Shown piece after piece: positions 8,862-16,284 of a DNA stretch of 44,960 nucleotides. Both the position numbers and the translations under genes were made by a program. Position 1 is the first letter of the stretch. Each line of letters opens with the position of its first letter. A model generated the notes under the pieces. It made no database searches and was not told where the DNA came from. It saw nothing but the letters and a program-made list of their open reading frames with translations. This DNA is from Nitrospirota bacterium (lineage in GTDB: Bacteria; Nitrospirota; JACRHJ01). Location: contig DAHWTK010000002.1 of the NCBI GenBank assembly GCA_027328825.1, forward strand, positions 1-44,960. Reading direction: 5' to 3'.

Positions 8862-9422
8862 TCATTTGTAAATACCCGTCGTGTTTAAATAGTTGAGGCC
8901 CGTATTATTTTCATAATGCGGGTTATGGCAATGCGGGCACTCGTATGCCTGCGACACCACCGGCGTCCCCCCCGACACCGCCGCGCCGGATTTAAACACG
9001 CTTATGGCCCCGGTCGTGAGGCTGTGCGAGGCAAGCGGTGCCGGGCCGTTGTAGACGCTCAATAATTTTGTCGATGTCAGCGTCATTTTCGGCGTCCCGA
9101 CGCCCGCGCTGTTGTGGCAGGACAGGCACGCGGAATCCATGTAGCGGACGTTCCCCAATATCCCCAAAACCCACCCGCGAGAGCTCCGATTGACGAACCG
9201 CGTCCTGTTGACGGTCGTATAATTCCGTATCAGCCCCCATACGCTTCCGCGCGCCGCATGGCACGCGCCGCAGTTGTTAGCGCCATACATGCTGGTATAG
9301 TTAGCGTGCGGCCCGGACACGGTTACGCCGTCCAGACGGTAGCTCGGCATGGCGGACGCGGCAACCACGGCCAGAAACAGCGTAACCGCCGCGAACGCGG
9401 ATATGGATACCGTGCGCCTCAA
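8862..9422 (-). CDS. Exported tri-haem c-type cytochrome
   Basis: Three CXXCH motifs (CGACH, CLSCH, CPHCH followed by NPH). Signal-like N-terminus MRRTVSISAFAAVTLFLAVVAASA. TTG start overlapping the upstream stop (TTGA), GGAGGG 8 nt upstream. Confidence 0.7.
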   Translation of the reverse strand: MRRTVSISAFAAVTLFLAVVAASAMPSYRLDGVTVSGPHANYTSMYGANNCGACHAARGSVWGLIRNYTTVNRTRFVNRSSRGWVLGILGNVRYMDSACLSCHNSAGVGTPKMTLTSTKLLSVYNGPAPLASHSLTTGAISVFKSGAAVSGGTPVVSQAYECPHCHNPHYENNTGLNYLNTTGIYK

Positions 9423-9604
9423 AGACTATGCCCTCCAAGCGGAGCAACGCTATAATCCCGGAGCGGGGCGGCAACCGCCGCCGACGCCCCGGAAACCGGC
9501 GCGGGAGACCCGTTCATATCGCCCATCCAGGCATACGCGCACCCGCCGAATACGGCGAGGAGCAGGAGTGTCATTCTGAGCGTAGCGAAGAATCTGCTTT
9601 GCAT
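9419..9604 (-). CDS. Small exported / lipoprotein-like protein
   Basis: MQSRFFATLRMTLLLLAVFGGCAYA.. The N-terminus is encoded by a family-C repeat. Start is ATG 9604 or TTG 9610. Confidence 0.4.
   Translation of the reverse strand: MQSRFFATLRMTLLLLAVFGGCAYAWMGDMNGSPAPVSGASAAVAAPLRDYSVAPLGGHSL
9570..9604. repeat. Family-C repeat, supplies the start codon and N-terminus of CDS 9419..9604
   Basis: gtcattctgagcgtagcgaagaatctgctttgcat. Confidence 0.9.
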
Positions 9605-9606
9605 CG

Positions 9607-10155
9607 TCAATACCTGTATAAAATCGTAAAATAATACGACGCCGGGCTTGCCCCGGTATTTGTAACGGTCGCCTCAATCTGGCTGTTGCCGTCCTCATTT
9701 ACGTATGGGATTATCCCCTGGCTGTCCTCGCTCCACATGGAGCCGTCGGCCACCAGACTGTTGAAGTTCGCCGAGCCGCAATACGTGTCCGAGTTATATG
9801 CGCCGCCGCGCCGGGCCGCGCGGGAGTAAAATTTCACCTTGCACGCAGAGTTAGCTGTCGCCACGGTTGACACCGATACAATCTCGACCTGATCCGGGTC
9901 GGTTATCGCCGCACCCGCGGTGAGCACCGGCACGGTCACATCCACGGACGCCCCCGCAGCGAGGCTCCCGGCGTCGATGTGCGCAATGCCGTATTGATAT
10001 TTTACGAATATCGGCGTCGACGCCTCGGTGCGGATGCCGAGCGTTTTTGTCGAGGCATCGTATGTGAGGTTCCCCAGGTTCACCTCGCCGGCGTAGGCAT
10101 AAATCGACCATATTGCTGACGCCAGCAATATGGTTATCGCAAATAATTTTTTCAT
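9607..10155 (-). CDS. Exported protein of unknown function
   Basis: Trimmed to ATG 10155 (AGGAG RBS). MKKLFAITILLASAIWSIYAYA signal peptide, beta-rich mature part. Confidence 0.6.
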   Translation of the reverse strand: MKKLFAITILLASAIWSIYAYAGEVNLGNLTYDASTKTLGIRTEASTPIFVKYQYGIAHIDAGSLAAGASVDVTVPVLTAGAAITDPDQVEIVSVSTVATANSACKVKFYSRAARRGGAYNSDTYCGSANFNSLVADGSMWSEDSQGIIPYVNEDGNSQIEATVTNTGASPASYYFTILYRY

Positions 10156-10252
10156 ATCGCTCCTTTCGATTCTCCGTTTATGCCGCCCCCTGAATCCCCG
10201 GCTCATTTACCGGATATTGCGTCAAGGCTCCGGGAGCGGCGAAAAGGGAGAG

Positions 10253-10654
10253 CTACTGAATTATCCCCTTCGTCCGGAGCGCGCCGACGGTGGACGTGAT
10301 GAAATTGTCCAGCGTGTTCGCGTCGATTCCGGTGGCTGTGGCTACGGCGCCGAGATTGTCCGTTACCGCGCTTTCGGCGGACTGGATGCCGGTCTTTTCC
10401 AGGCCGGAAAGGATCGTCTTGGCCGCGATGTCCTTTTTGTTGGCGCCCGCGGGCGCGGATGCCGCCGCCACGACGCCCTGGATAACGAGGTTCGGAAGCT
10501 GAGGCGCTTCTTTCTCGATTGCCGCTTTCAGGACGTGCCAGGTCCAGAGGCCGACTTCCTCCAGCGCCGTCAATGTCTTTTTGCCTGCGCTCTCGACGAA
10601 AGCCGAGACCTCTCCGATAAGCTGCTGCCCGGGGCTTTTCTGTTCCTCTGACAT
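10253..10654 (-). CDS. Hypothetical protein
   Basis: Trimmed to ATG 10654 (GGAGGG RBS), abutting the stop of 10656..10871. Confidence 0.5.
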   Translation of the reverse strand: MSEEQKSPGQQLIGEVSAFVESAGKKTLTALEEVGLWTWHVLKAAIEKEAPQLPNLVIQGVVAAASAPAGANKKDIAAKTILSGLEKTGIQSAESAVTDNLGAVATATGIDANTLDNFITSTVGALRTKGIIQ

Positions 10655-10655
10655 A

Positions 10656-10871
10656 TTACCCTCCTGTGAAAAATCTTCTGACTGCTCTCCCGACCTTCCG
10701 CCAGTAGGAAGGCTCGTCCCAGTCGCCTTTTCCTGAAACCTCAAAAAAAACGCCTTGACCGCCTGTGGTGTCCTGTCCATCTTTCGGTTTCCCCTTCACA
10801 TCTACCGAGATGCCGATGTCCTCGCCCTCGATGCCGTCGCTGTCGTCCAGTTTCAGGTCTAACCGGGCCAT
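10656..10871 (-). CDS. Hypothetical acidic protein
   Basis: 71-aa ORF with ATG 10871, directly after the holin-like gene. Confidence 0.4.
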   Translation of the reverse strand: MARLDLKLDDSDGIEGEDIGISVDVKGKPKDGQDTTGGQGVFFEVSGKGDWDEPSYWRKVGRAVRRFFTGG

Positions 10872-10875
10872 TTAT

Positions 10876-11334
10876 TTATATTCCAGGAAATTCAAATAAG
10901 TGAAAACAGCCTGACAGCATAAGCGCAACCAGAACAAAACCGGTCAAGAATAACACTTTAAGACGCGCAAAACCCTTGTCGTTAAACGCCGTCATCTTGT
11001 CATCGGAAAGTTCCGAATGCTTTGCTGTGATAGTGGTTGCGGCGGCGTCATAACTCGGCGGATCCAGACCCGCGTCCGTCATCATCTTTGTGTAGAGCTC
11101 CACGGCCTGGTCGAGCTTCTGTTTGCCGCTCCAGCCGTTCAATTTTCCGGACGCCTCGGCAGCGCGGACCGCCTTCTCCGCGAAAAGGCCGCCAGCGACG
11201 GCCACGTCCTGGATATACTTCGGCTGTTTTTTCAGCCAGCCGACGTACCACTTCATGCCGAACTTCATGGCCAGTCCGATAATCGCCGACGCGCCTATCA
11301 ACCCGATCGCCGCGTGGATTAAGTAGTTCTGCAA
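10876..11334 (-). CDS. Holin-like membrane protein (LL-H-like layout)
   Basis: TTG start with GGAGGTG RBS. N-terminal TM (AAIGLIGASAIIGLA), ..AEKAVRAAEASG.. helix, C-terminal hydrophobic segment. Lies next to the endolysin. Confidence 0.45.
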   Translation of the reverse strand: MQNYLIHAAIGLIGASAIIGLAMKFGMKWYVGWLKKQPKYIQDVAVAGGLFAEKAVRAAEASGKLNGWSGKQKLDQAVELYTKMMTDAGLDPPSYDAAATTITAKHSELSDDKMTAFNDKGFARLKVLFLTGFVLVALMLSGCFHLFEFPGI

Positions 11335-11346
11335 AACGCACCTCCT

Positions 11347-11799
11347 TTATGCAAGCGGCTCGCGCGCAACCTTTTCGAGATTCGCGAGCCTGTTCAACCA
11401 ACCCGACAAGAACCGGGCTTCTTTAGGTTTGTTCTTCGCTATCGTCTCATAACGAAGCTTTCTGATACCGATGAAGGCGTTCCAGTCGTCGCCCGCAGCC
11501 GCGAGCATATTCCGCGCGGTTCCCTCGCCCATGTTCACTGCGGTATCGAATACCAGCAGACACAAAGGCCAGGAAAGCTTGTCGCAACCCGCGAGTTTCC
11601 AGTAATTATTGAAATACAGGTCTTTCGCGGCGGCGAGAGCATCACCTCTCGACATGGTCATCATGCGCTTCACAAGGTAGGGGTAATACCTGCCTGAGAC
11701 ACCGAAGATAGTCAGACCGCCGGGGTCGCCCTGGAGGTTCGATTCGTAACCCTCCTCGCCGACGACCACGGAAAAAGATTTCTCAAATTCAGCGCTCAT
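11347..11799 (-). CDS. Endolysin, GH108-type muramidase with peptidoglycan-binding C-half
   Basis: ..VVGEEGYESNLQGDPGGLTIFGVS.. matches the EGGY..D.GG.T..GI motif. ..FDTAVNMGEGTA.. and ..GWLNRL.. match the associated PG-binding region. Confidence 0.8.
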   Translation of the reverse strand: MSAEFEKSFSVVVGEEGYESNLQGDPGGLTIFGVSGRYYPYLVKRMMTMSRGDALAAAKDLYFNNYWKLAGCDKLSWPLCLLVFDTAVNMGEGTARNMLAAAGDDWNAFIGIRKLRYETIAKNKPKEARFLSGWLNRLANLEKVAREPLA

Positions 11800-11996
11800 A
11801 ATGTCCTCTCGTCTTCTTCCGGAGCCAGGAGCGCGTCCAGGTCAGTGAATGCCTGGCGCGCGCGGGCCTCAAAATTAATGCACGCCTGGGTTGGGCCGCC
11901 TTCGCGGTCGCAGCGCATCGCCGGGTCCATACAGGCATAGGCGTTCCCGAAAATGTGTTTTACCTCGGCGATCTGCTCACGGGTGAAGGTAACCAT
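11796..11996 (-). CDS. Hypothetical protein in lysis cassette
   Basis: 66 aa, with ATGA/TAATG coupling to both neighbours. Confidence 0.45.
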   Translation of the reverse strand: MVTFTREQIAEVKHIFGNAYACMDPAMRCDREGGPTQACINFEARARQAFTDLDALLAPEEDERTL

Positions 11997-12262
11997 TATG
12001 TTTTCTTAAGCTCCGAAAGCCAGGAACGGAAATCATCTTTTACTTCCTGAAGCGCATCGTGGAAGTCTTTTTTTACATCCTTAATAAAACTCTCAAGGTT
12101 GGCCTTCTCCGCCGCCTGGGCGCGCTTGCATTCCGCGCATTTCTCGGTCAGATCGCGTTTTGTGACGAACTTATTCATCGTCATGTAGAAACCGGCGATG
12201 ATGCCGAGAAGCGAACCGATGACGGTACACGATGGAATCACTATGGCGGCCCAGGTCGGCAT
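11996..12262 (-). CDS. Single-pass membrane protein with coiled coil (holin/antiholin or spanin-like)
   Basis: N-terminal TM AAIVIPSCTVIGSLLGIIAGFYM followed by a charged helix. GGAGGG RBS. Confidence 0.45.
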   Translation of the reverse strand: MPTWAAIVIPSCTVIGSLLGIIAGFYMTMNKFVTKRDLTEKCAECKRAQAAEKANLESFIKDVKKDFHDALQEVKDDFRSWLSELKKT

Positions 12263-12277
12263 CCGTTCGCCCTCCTC

Positions 12278-12832
12278 TTACCACTGATTGTCGCGGCCTT
12301 CCGTCACGTAAAAATCGACTGCGCGGTTGCCGGATCTCGTAAATGAAACAGCCAGTTTATTGGCGCAGACAGGGATTGTAATCGCGCCGTCGTGAGTGAA
12401 ATCCATACCCGTCGCACCGACGTAATAAAGAGACCATGGGCCGCTGTCGGTCGGCGCGGTATAGATTTTAAAATGACTAGGCGAGATGTCCGAATAGCCG
12501 CCGAAACGATATGCGTGGCCGGCCGTCTTCCCGGATGCCGTGGAATAGTTGTACCAGCCGCCGTAAACGCCTTTCCACTGGATGGTGGCGTAACGCCAGC
12601 CCGCGATGTCCCATATTTCGCCGTTGCCGGTAGACTGGACGTTGTAGTTCGTGTCCAGGATATTCATCGTCCCGCTGAAGTCGAACTGCTCGACGCCAGA
12701 GACGCCGGTCCAGTTCGTATATCCGGCGGTGGTGGTCTGCGACGCCGTGCCGCCGGTAAACCTGTCCGCAAAAGCGGAGACGGCCATGATGCTTATGAGC
12801 ATCGCCGCCATGAAAAACAAGAATTTTTTCAT
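12278..12832 (-). CDS. Exported beta-rich protein
   Basis: Trimmed to ATG 12832 (GGAGG, 5-nt spacer), because the track's longer ORF overlaps the capsid gene. MKKFLFFMAAMLISIMAVSAFA signal peptide. Confidence 0.6.
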   Translation of the reverse strand: MKKFLFFMAAMLISIMAVSAFADRFTGGTASQTTTAGYTNWTGVSGVEQFDFSGTMNILDTNYNVQSTGNGEIWDIAGWRYATIQWKGVYGGWYNYSTASGKTAGHAYRFGGYSDISPSHFKIYTAPTDSGPWSLYYVGATGMDFTHDGAITIPVCANKLAVSFTRSGNRAVDFYVTEGRDNQW

Positions 12833-12858
12833 CTGACCCTCCAAGTGAAAATGGGTTT

Positions 12859-12877
12859 GGGGGCCGGAAAGGCCCCC
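12859..12877 (-). terminator. GC hairpin after the capsid gene (possible attenuator)
   Basis: GGGGGCC-ggaaa-GGCCCCC. On the minus strand only a weak T-tract follows. Confidence 0.3.
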
Positions 12878-12890
12878 TTCCCCGTGATTA

Positions 12891-14006
12891 TTACGCGGCC
12901 ATCGGCAAGCGCTTGAACTGTTTCGGGTTGCCAATGCCGAAATTGTATTGTTCCTTGCCGACCATCTCCTCGGACTTCTTGAAGATGTCGCGCTGCCCCT
13001 CCATCTGAAGGTCCATCCACGTGCCCATCTTCGTCTGGTAAAAAGGAAGCACCACGTAGAAGCGCGTCTTGTCCTTGAGCCTCCTGGTCGTGATGATGTT
13101 GTCGATGGTGTAGTTTATCCGGGAGACCTTCTGCTCTGCCTGGGCGAAGGGGTTCAGGAGCGAGTCCAGGGCGAACGCGATCGCCTTGAATGCCTCCGGC
13201 GGGCAGAGGATGTTGAAGCTCGGGTTATCCGGCAACCCGTAGCCCATGTACTCGATGTCATAGACCATCTGGATACAGGCGTTGTCGATGGTCGTGATGA
13301 GGTTCGTGTCGTAGGCAAAGTCCACGCCGTTATTCGGCAGGATGTTGCCGTTCGCGTCCTTACCGAGCGCCTCGATGAGGCCGTAGGCCAGGGAAGTTTT
13401 GAGCATCTGCCTCTTCAGGCGGAACTGCTCCAAAACGTCGTCCATCTTCCAGAACCACTCGAACTCCCACCAGTCGTCCAGGAAACCGATGGCGGCCATG
13501 AAGTTCAGGTAGTAGACCGCGAGTATCTGCGACTTGTCTCCGACACCGCCGACCGTTACCTTCTCGCCCTCGCCGACCTGCTGCCAGACGATGGAGTCCG
13601 TGGCGGAGTCTATCGTAAAGTGGTCTTTGCGCGTTCCCCTCATGTCCACCGGTTTGTATATCTTCTCGTACCCCAGATCGGGCGCAAGCGCGCCGGTGAT
13701 GTACCGCTCAATCATGAACGGGTCCGGGGCCTGCGTCAGAGGCGTCCCGCCTCCGGTGCCAGGCGCGGCGAAGGGATAACCCGACGGGGCGGGGATGTTA
13801 TCCTTCATGCCGCCCGCCATCCACGCCTTGAGCATCATGGCCGACATAACCCTTCCGGAGTCTGCACCCAGCCGCGGGTCGGGCGTTTTCAGGTAGGCGT
13901 TTATCGCGCCCACGAACTTCTTTGTCTCTTCGGGCGTCCAATCCCTGGGCGTCCTTCCGCCCATGGACTGCATCATTTTCGCCCACTTTATCTTCGGTGC
14001 GAACAT
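12891..14006 (-). CDS. Major capsid protein
   Basis: 371 aa, strong GGAGGG RBS. Position after portal, protease/scaffold and the DUF2190-like gene. Confidence 0.7.
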   Translation of the reverse strand: MFAPKIKWAKMMQSMGGRTPRDWTPEETKKFVGAINAYLKTPDPRLGADSGRVMSAMMLKAWMAGGMKDNIPAPSGYPFAAPGTGGGTPLTQAPDPFMIERYITGALAPDLGYEKIYKPVDMRGTRKDHFTIDSATDSIVWQQVGEGEKVTVGGVGDKSQILAVYYLNFMAAIGFLDDWWEFEWFWKMDDVLEQFRLKRQMLKTSLAYGLIEALGKDANGNILPNNGVDFAYDTNLITTIDNACIQMVYDIEYMGYGLPDNPSFNILCPPEAFKAIAFALDSLLNPFAQAEQKVSRINYTIDNIITTRRLKDKTRFYVVLPFYQTKMGTWMDLQMEGQRDIFKKSEEMVGKEQYNFGIGNPKQFKRLPMAA

Positions 14007-14025
14007 TTCGTGTCCCTCCTGTTAA

Positions 14026-14063
14026 TTAAAAAGTCTCTGGATTCCCGCTTTTGCGGGGACGAC
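14026..14063. repeat. Family-A palindromic repeat, intergenic (DUF2190-like stop / capsid start)
   Basis: ttaaaaagtctctggaTTCCCGCttttGCGGGGAcgac. Confidence 0.85.
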
Positions 14064-14067
14064 TAAA

Positions 14068-14445
14068 TTAAAGAAGCGCGTGCTCCATCATCAGCTCGCA
14101 GTCTACCGTCGCATTGCCCTGCGCCGAGTCCGCATGCGCGACACCGAAGAGCTTCAGACCCGCCGCATCGACGTTCGTAGCCCAGTTGTTCACCGGGTCC
14201 CAGTAGAGCTTGTCGCCGCCCTTTATCGCGACGGCCGCCTGCGGAAACGCGATTATCTCCGCATCCACGATAAACATGCCGCTTACGCCGGCGGCTATCG
14301 CGGCGAACGCCACGGCAACCAGCGTGTTGCCCGCGGTGCCGGTCAAAACAACGATGTCCATCGGGCCGCACGCGGCGGCGGGAGTCATACGGCGCGTTCT
14401 GTAGCCGCCGCTCGAAGATTTATTTATTGCCTGCACGTTTGCCAT
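14068..14445 (-). CDS. DUF2190-like head protein (decoration/cement type)
   Basis: 125 aa with ..GMFIVDAEIIAFPQAAVAIKGGDKLYWD.. pattern. Placed between the protease and capsid genes, as is typical for this family. Confidence 0.55.
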   Translation of the reverse strand: MANVQAINKSSSGGYRTRRMTPAAACGPMDIVVLTGTAGNTLVAVAFAAIAAGVSGMFIVDAEIIAFPQAAVAIKGGDKLYWDPVNNWATNVDAAGLKLFGVAHADSAQGNATVDCELMMEHALL

Positions 14446-14525
14446 TTGAAAACCCTCCTGTTAAAAGTTCATAACCCCCTCGCTTCGCTTCCCCCTCTTA
14501 TCTTAAGAGGGAGACAGAGGGGACG

Positions 14526-16019
14526 TTACTCCAGCCAGTCGTTTCCGGCGGCGGTTTCGAGCGATTTCGTGCCTTCGCCGGGACCCCCGGTGGTGCGCTT
14601 TTTGTCCTTCATCTCCTCGCCGGGGAGTTCGGCCTGGTCGGGGAACCTCTTCATGGCTTCCTCGGCCTGCACTTTTCCTTCCCTTCTGAGGTCGGCTATC
14701 GACCAGCCGCCGATGAAGGACTTGTAATTCTCAATGTCCTCCGGTCTGTCGCCGCATTTTCCCAGGAGCCGGGCGTTCTTGATGTAGTTGTCTATCAAGC
14801 CGTCCCGGTATGCCTTCCCGGCGGCGGCAAGGACCTTGATGTCCGCGACGGTCACGCCGTCCTTTATACCCAGGACTGCCTTCATGTCCTTCAGCTTCGT
14901 CTCGGTGGCCTCGTTAAGCACCACGAGGTCTTTATGCTTCGTCTCGGTCTCCTCGCGGCGCGCCTTCTCCGCCTCATAAAGTTCCTTGTATTCCATGTTT
15001 TCTCCTTCATCTTCAGGGTTGATGTGATTATGTGAACAACCGGCGCAGGCGGCCTTATCGACCGTAACCGCGCCAGGCTGGGCGCCAAGCCAGACAGACG
15101 AGGTCTCGTATGCCTCGCCGGGAGACTGCCACTCGTCATAAAGGGTATTCGACGGGTTCGACGGGTCTTTTACGGTCACCGGTCCCGAACCGCTAAACGA
15201 GAGCGATACGAAACGGTGGATGCCGCCGTCGATGTTCTTGCGCATGTCCTCGTTGGACGGCATTTTTATCGCGTACATATGCCCCTTCAGGACGGTCATC
15301 ATGCCCATACCCGGAGGGAGCTGAGGCCTTTCGCCTGTCATGGCCTCAAACTCATCCGGCGACATCATGGCCGTCTCTGCGTGGAACCAGGTCCCTTGCG
15401 CAGGCCCTTTCTGGCCGCCGTAACTCCCCGGATGGCCGCCGGAATTGTTAAAATAGCCCTTGCCGGGAAGCGTCCGGGCGAAATCCGAAAGAACGGACTC
15501 GTGAAACCGCTCGCCGTCCCGATCCACCGCGTTATGCGCCACCATAAAAGGAGCAACATAAACATCGTCAGGCGTGAGAGCGGCATGTGAAAAACGGTTT
15601 ATCTTCGACATCATCTCTGGTGTGGCCTCTACGCCCTCACCGAGTTTACGCGGGACGCCCTCGGCGTCCTTCCACTTATAAAGCGTGAGACCTTTAGTAT
15701 GCATTCCGGAAACCGACTTGCCGTCTATCAGATTCAGGAGCGTAGCTGCTGCGGACTCGATGACCGTCGCGCCTTCGGCTCCGGCGCGTTGCTTCGCGGC
15801 GATAACGCCAGAGCGGTAGACCCTCCCGCCTTTAACGATGGGATATTTCCACTCCTGCTCCGTTCCCTTCTTGGCCGGATCGTGGCCAAGAAAACAGTTT
15901 GGAGCGAGCTTTTTGCGCTCGTCGTTTGAGAGACTCCAGCCGGAATTCCTGTCCACTGAGCCACCAGCGATAAGCGTCCGGGCATGAGAGACGCCGGCGC
16001 TATTCAATTCAACCCCCAC
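14526..16019 (-). CDS. Prohead protease (HK97/S78-like) fused to a coiled-coil scaffold-like C-terminus
   Basis: ..AHNAVDRDGERF.., ..IDGGIHRFVSLSF.. and ..YETSSVWLGAQPGA.. resemble S78 protease blocks. C-terminal EYKELYEAEKARREETETKHKDL.. is coiled coil. GTG start with GGAG RBS. Confidence 0.6.
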   Translation of the reverse strand: MGVELNSAGVSHARTLIAGGSVDRNSGWSLSNDERKKLAPNCFLGHDPAKKGTEQEWKYPIVKGGRVYRSGVIAAKQRAGAEGATVIESAAATLLNLIDGKSVSGMHTKGLTLYKWKDAEGVPRKLGEGVEATPEMMSKINRFSHAALTPDDVYVAPFMVAHNAVDRDGERFHESVLSDFARTLPGKGYFNNSGGHPGSYGGQKGPAQGTWFHAETAMMSPDEFEAMTGERPQLPPGMGMMTVLKGHMYAIKMPSNEDMRKNIDGGIHRFVSLSFSGSGPVTVKDPSNPSNTLYDEWQSPGEAYETSSVWLGAQPGAVTVDKAACAGCSHNHINPEDEGENMEYKELYEAEKARREETETKHKDLVVLNEATETKLKDMKAVLGIKDGVTVADIKVLAAAGKAYRDGLIDNYIKNARLLGKCGDRPEDIENYKSFIGGWSIADLRREGKVQAEEAMKRFPDQAELPGEEMKDKKRTTGGPGEGTKSLETAAGNDWLE

Positions 16020-16020
16020 G

Positions 16021-16275
16021 TCAGGCTCCTTTCTTCTTTTCTTCCATGGAGAGAGCCTTTGCCGTCGGAAGCTTGTGCAGCCCGAGCAGGTGGTGGCCGG
16101 TTATCCCGCTACCCTCAGACCGCGACTTGTGCTCATCCGGCGTCGTTTTACCGAAGAGGGCATGTCCCGTGATTGGTTTCGTTTCCGGGGAAGGAGACGG
16201 TTTAAAAATCTTGGTCTCTCCGCGCGCTTCCTTCGGAGACGTTTTTTCTTCGGTTTTCGGTTCCTCTTTCGACAT
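16021..16275 (-). CDS. Lys/Glu/Pro-rich small head-module protein
   Basis: Strong AAGGAGGG RBS. Duplicated ITGHxLxG motif. Confidence 0.5.
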   Translation of the reverse strand: MSKEEPKTEEKTSPKEARGETKIFKPSPSPETKPITGHALFGKTTPDEHKSRSEGSGITGHHLLGLHKLPTAKALSMEEKKKGA

Positions 16276-16284
16276 ATTCCCTCC

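Noticed and set aside
12948-14066. Long plus-strand ORFs antisense to well-supported genes: 12948..14066, 16333..17457, 18624..19364, 23877..25001, 31390..32550, 34462..35337.
   Set aside because: Stop-poor antisense frames are typical of GC-rich DNA. They lack RBSs, are Arg/Pro/Gly-rich and fully overlap genes that have recognisable motifs on the other strand.
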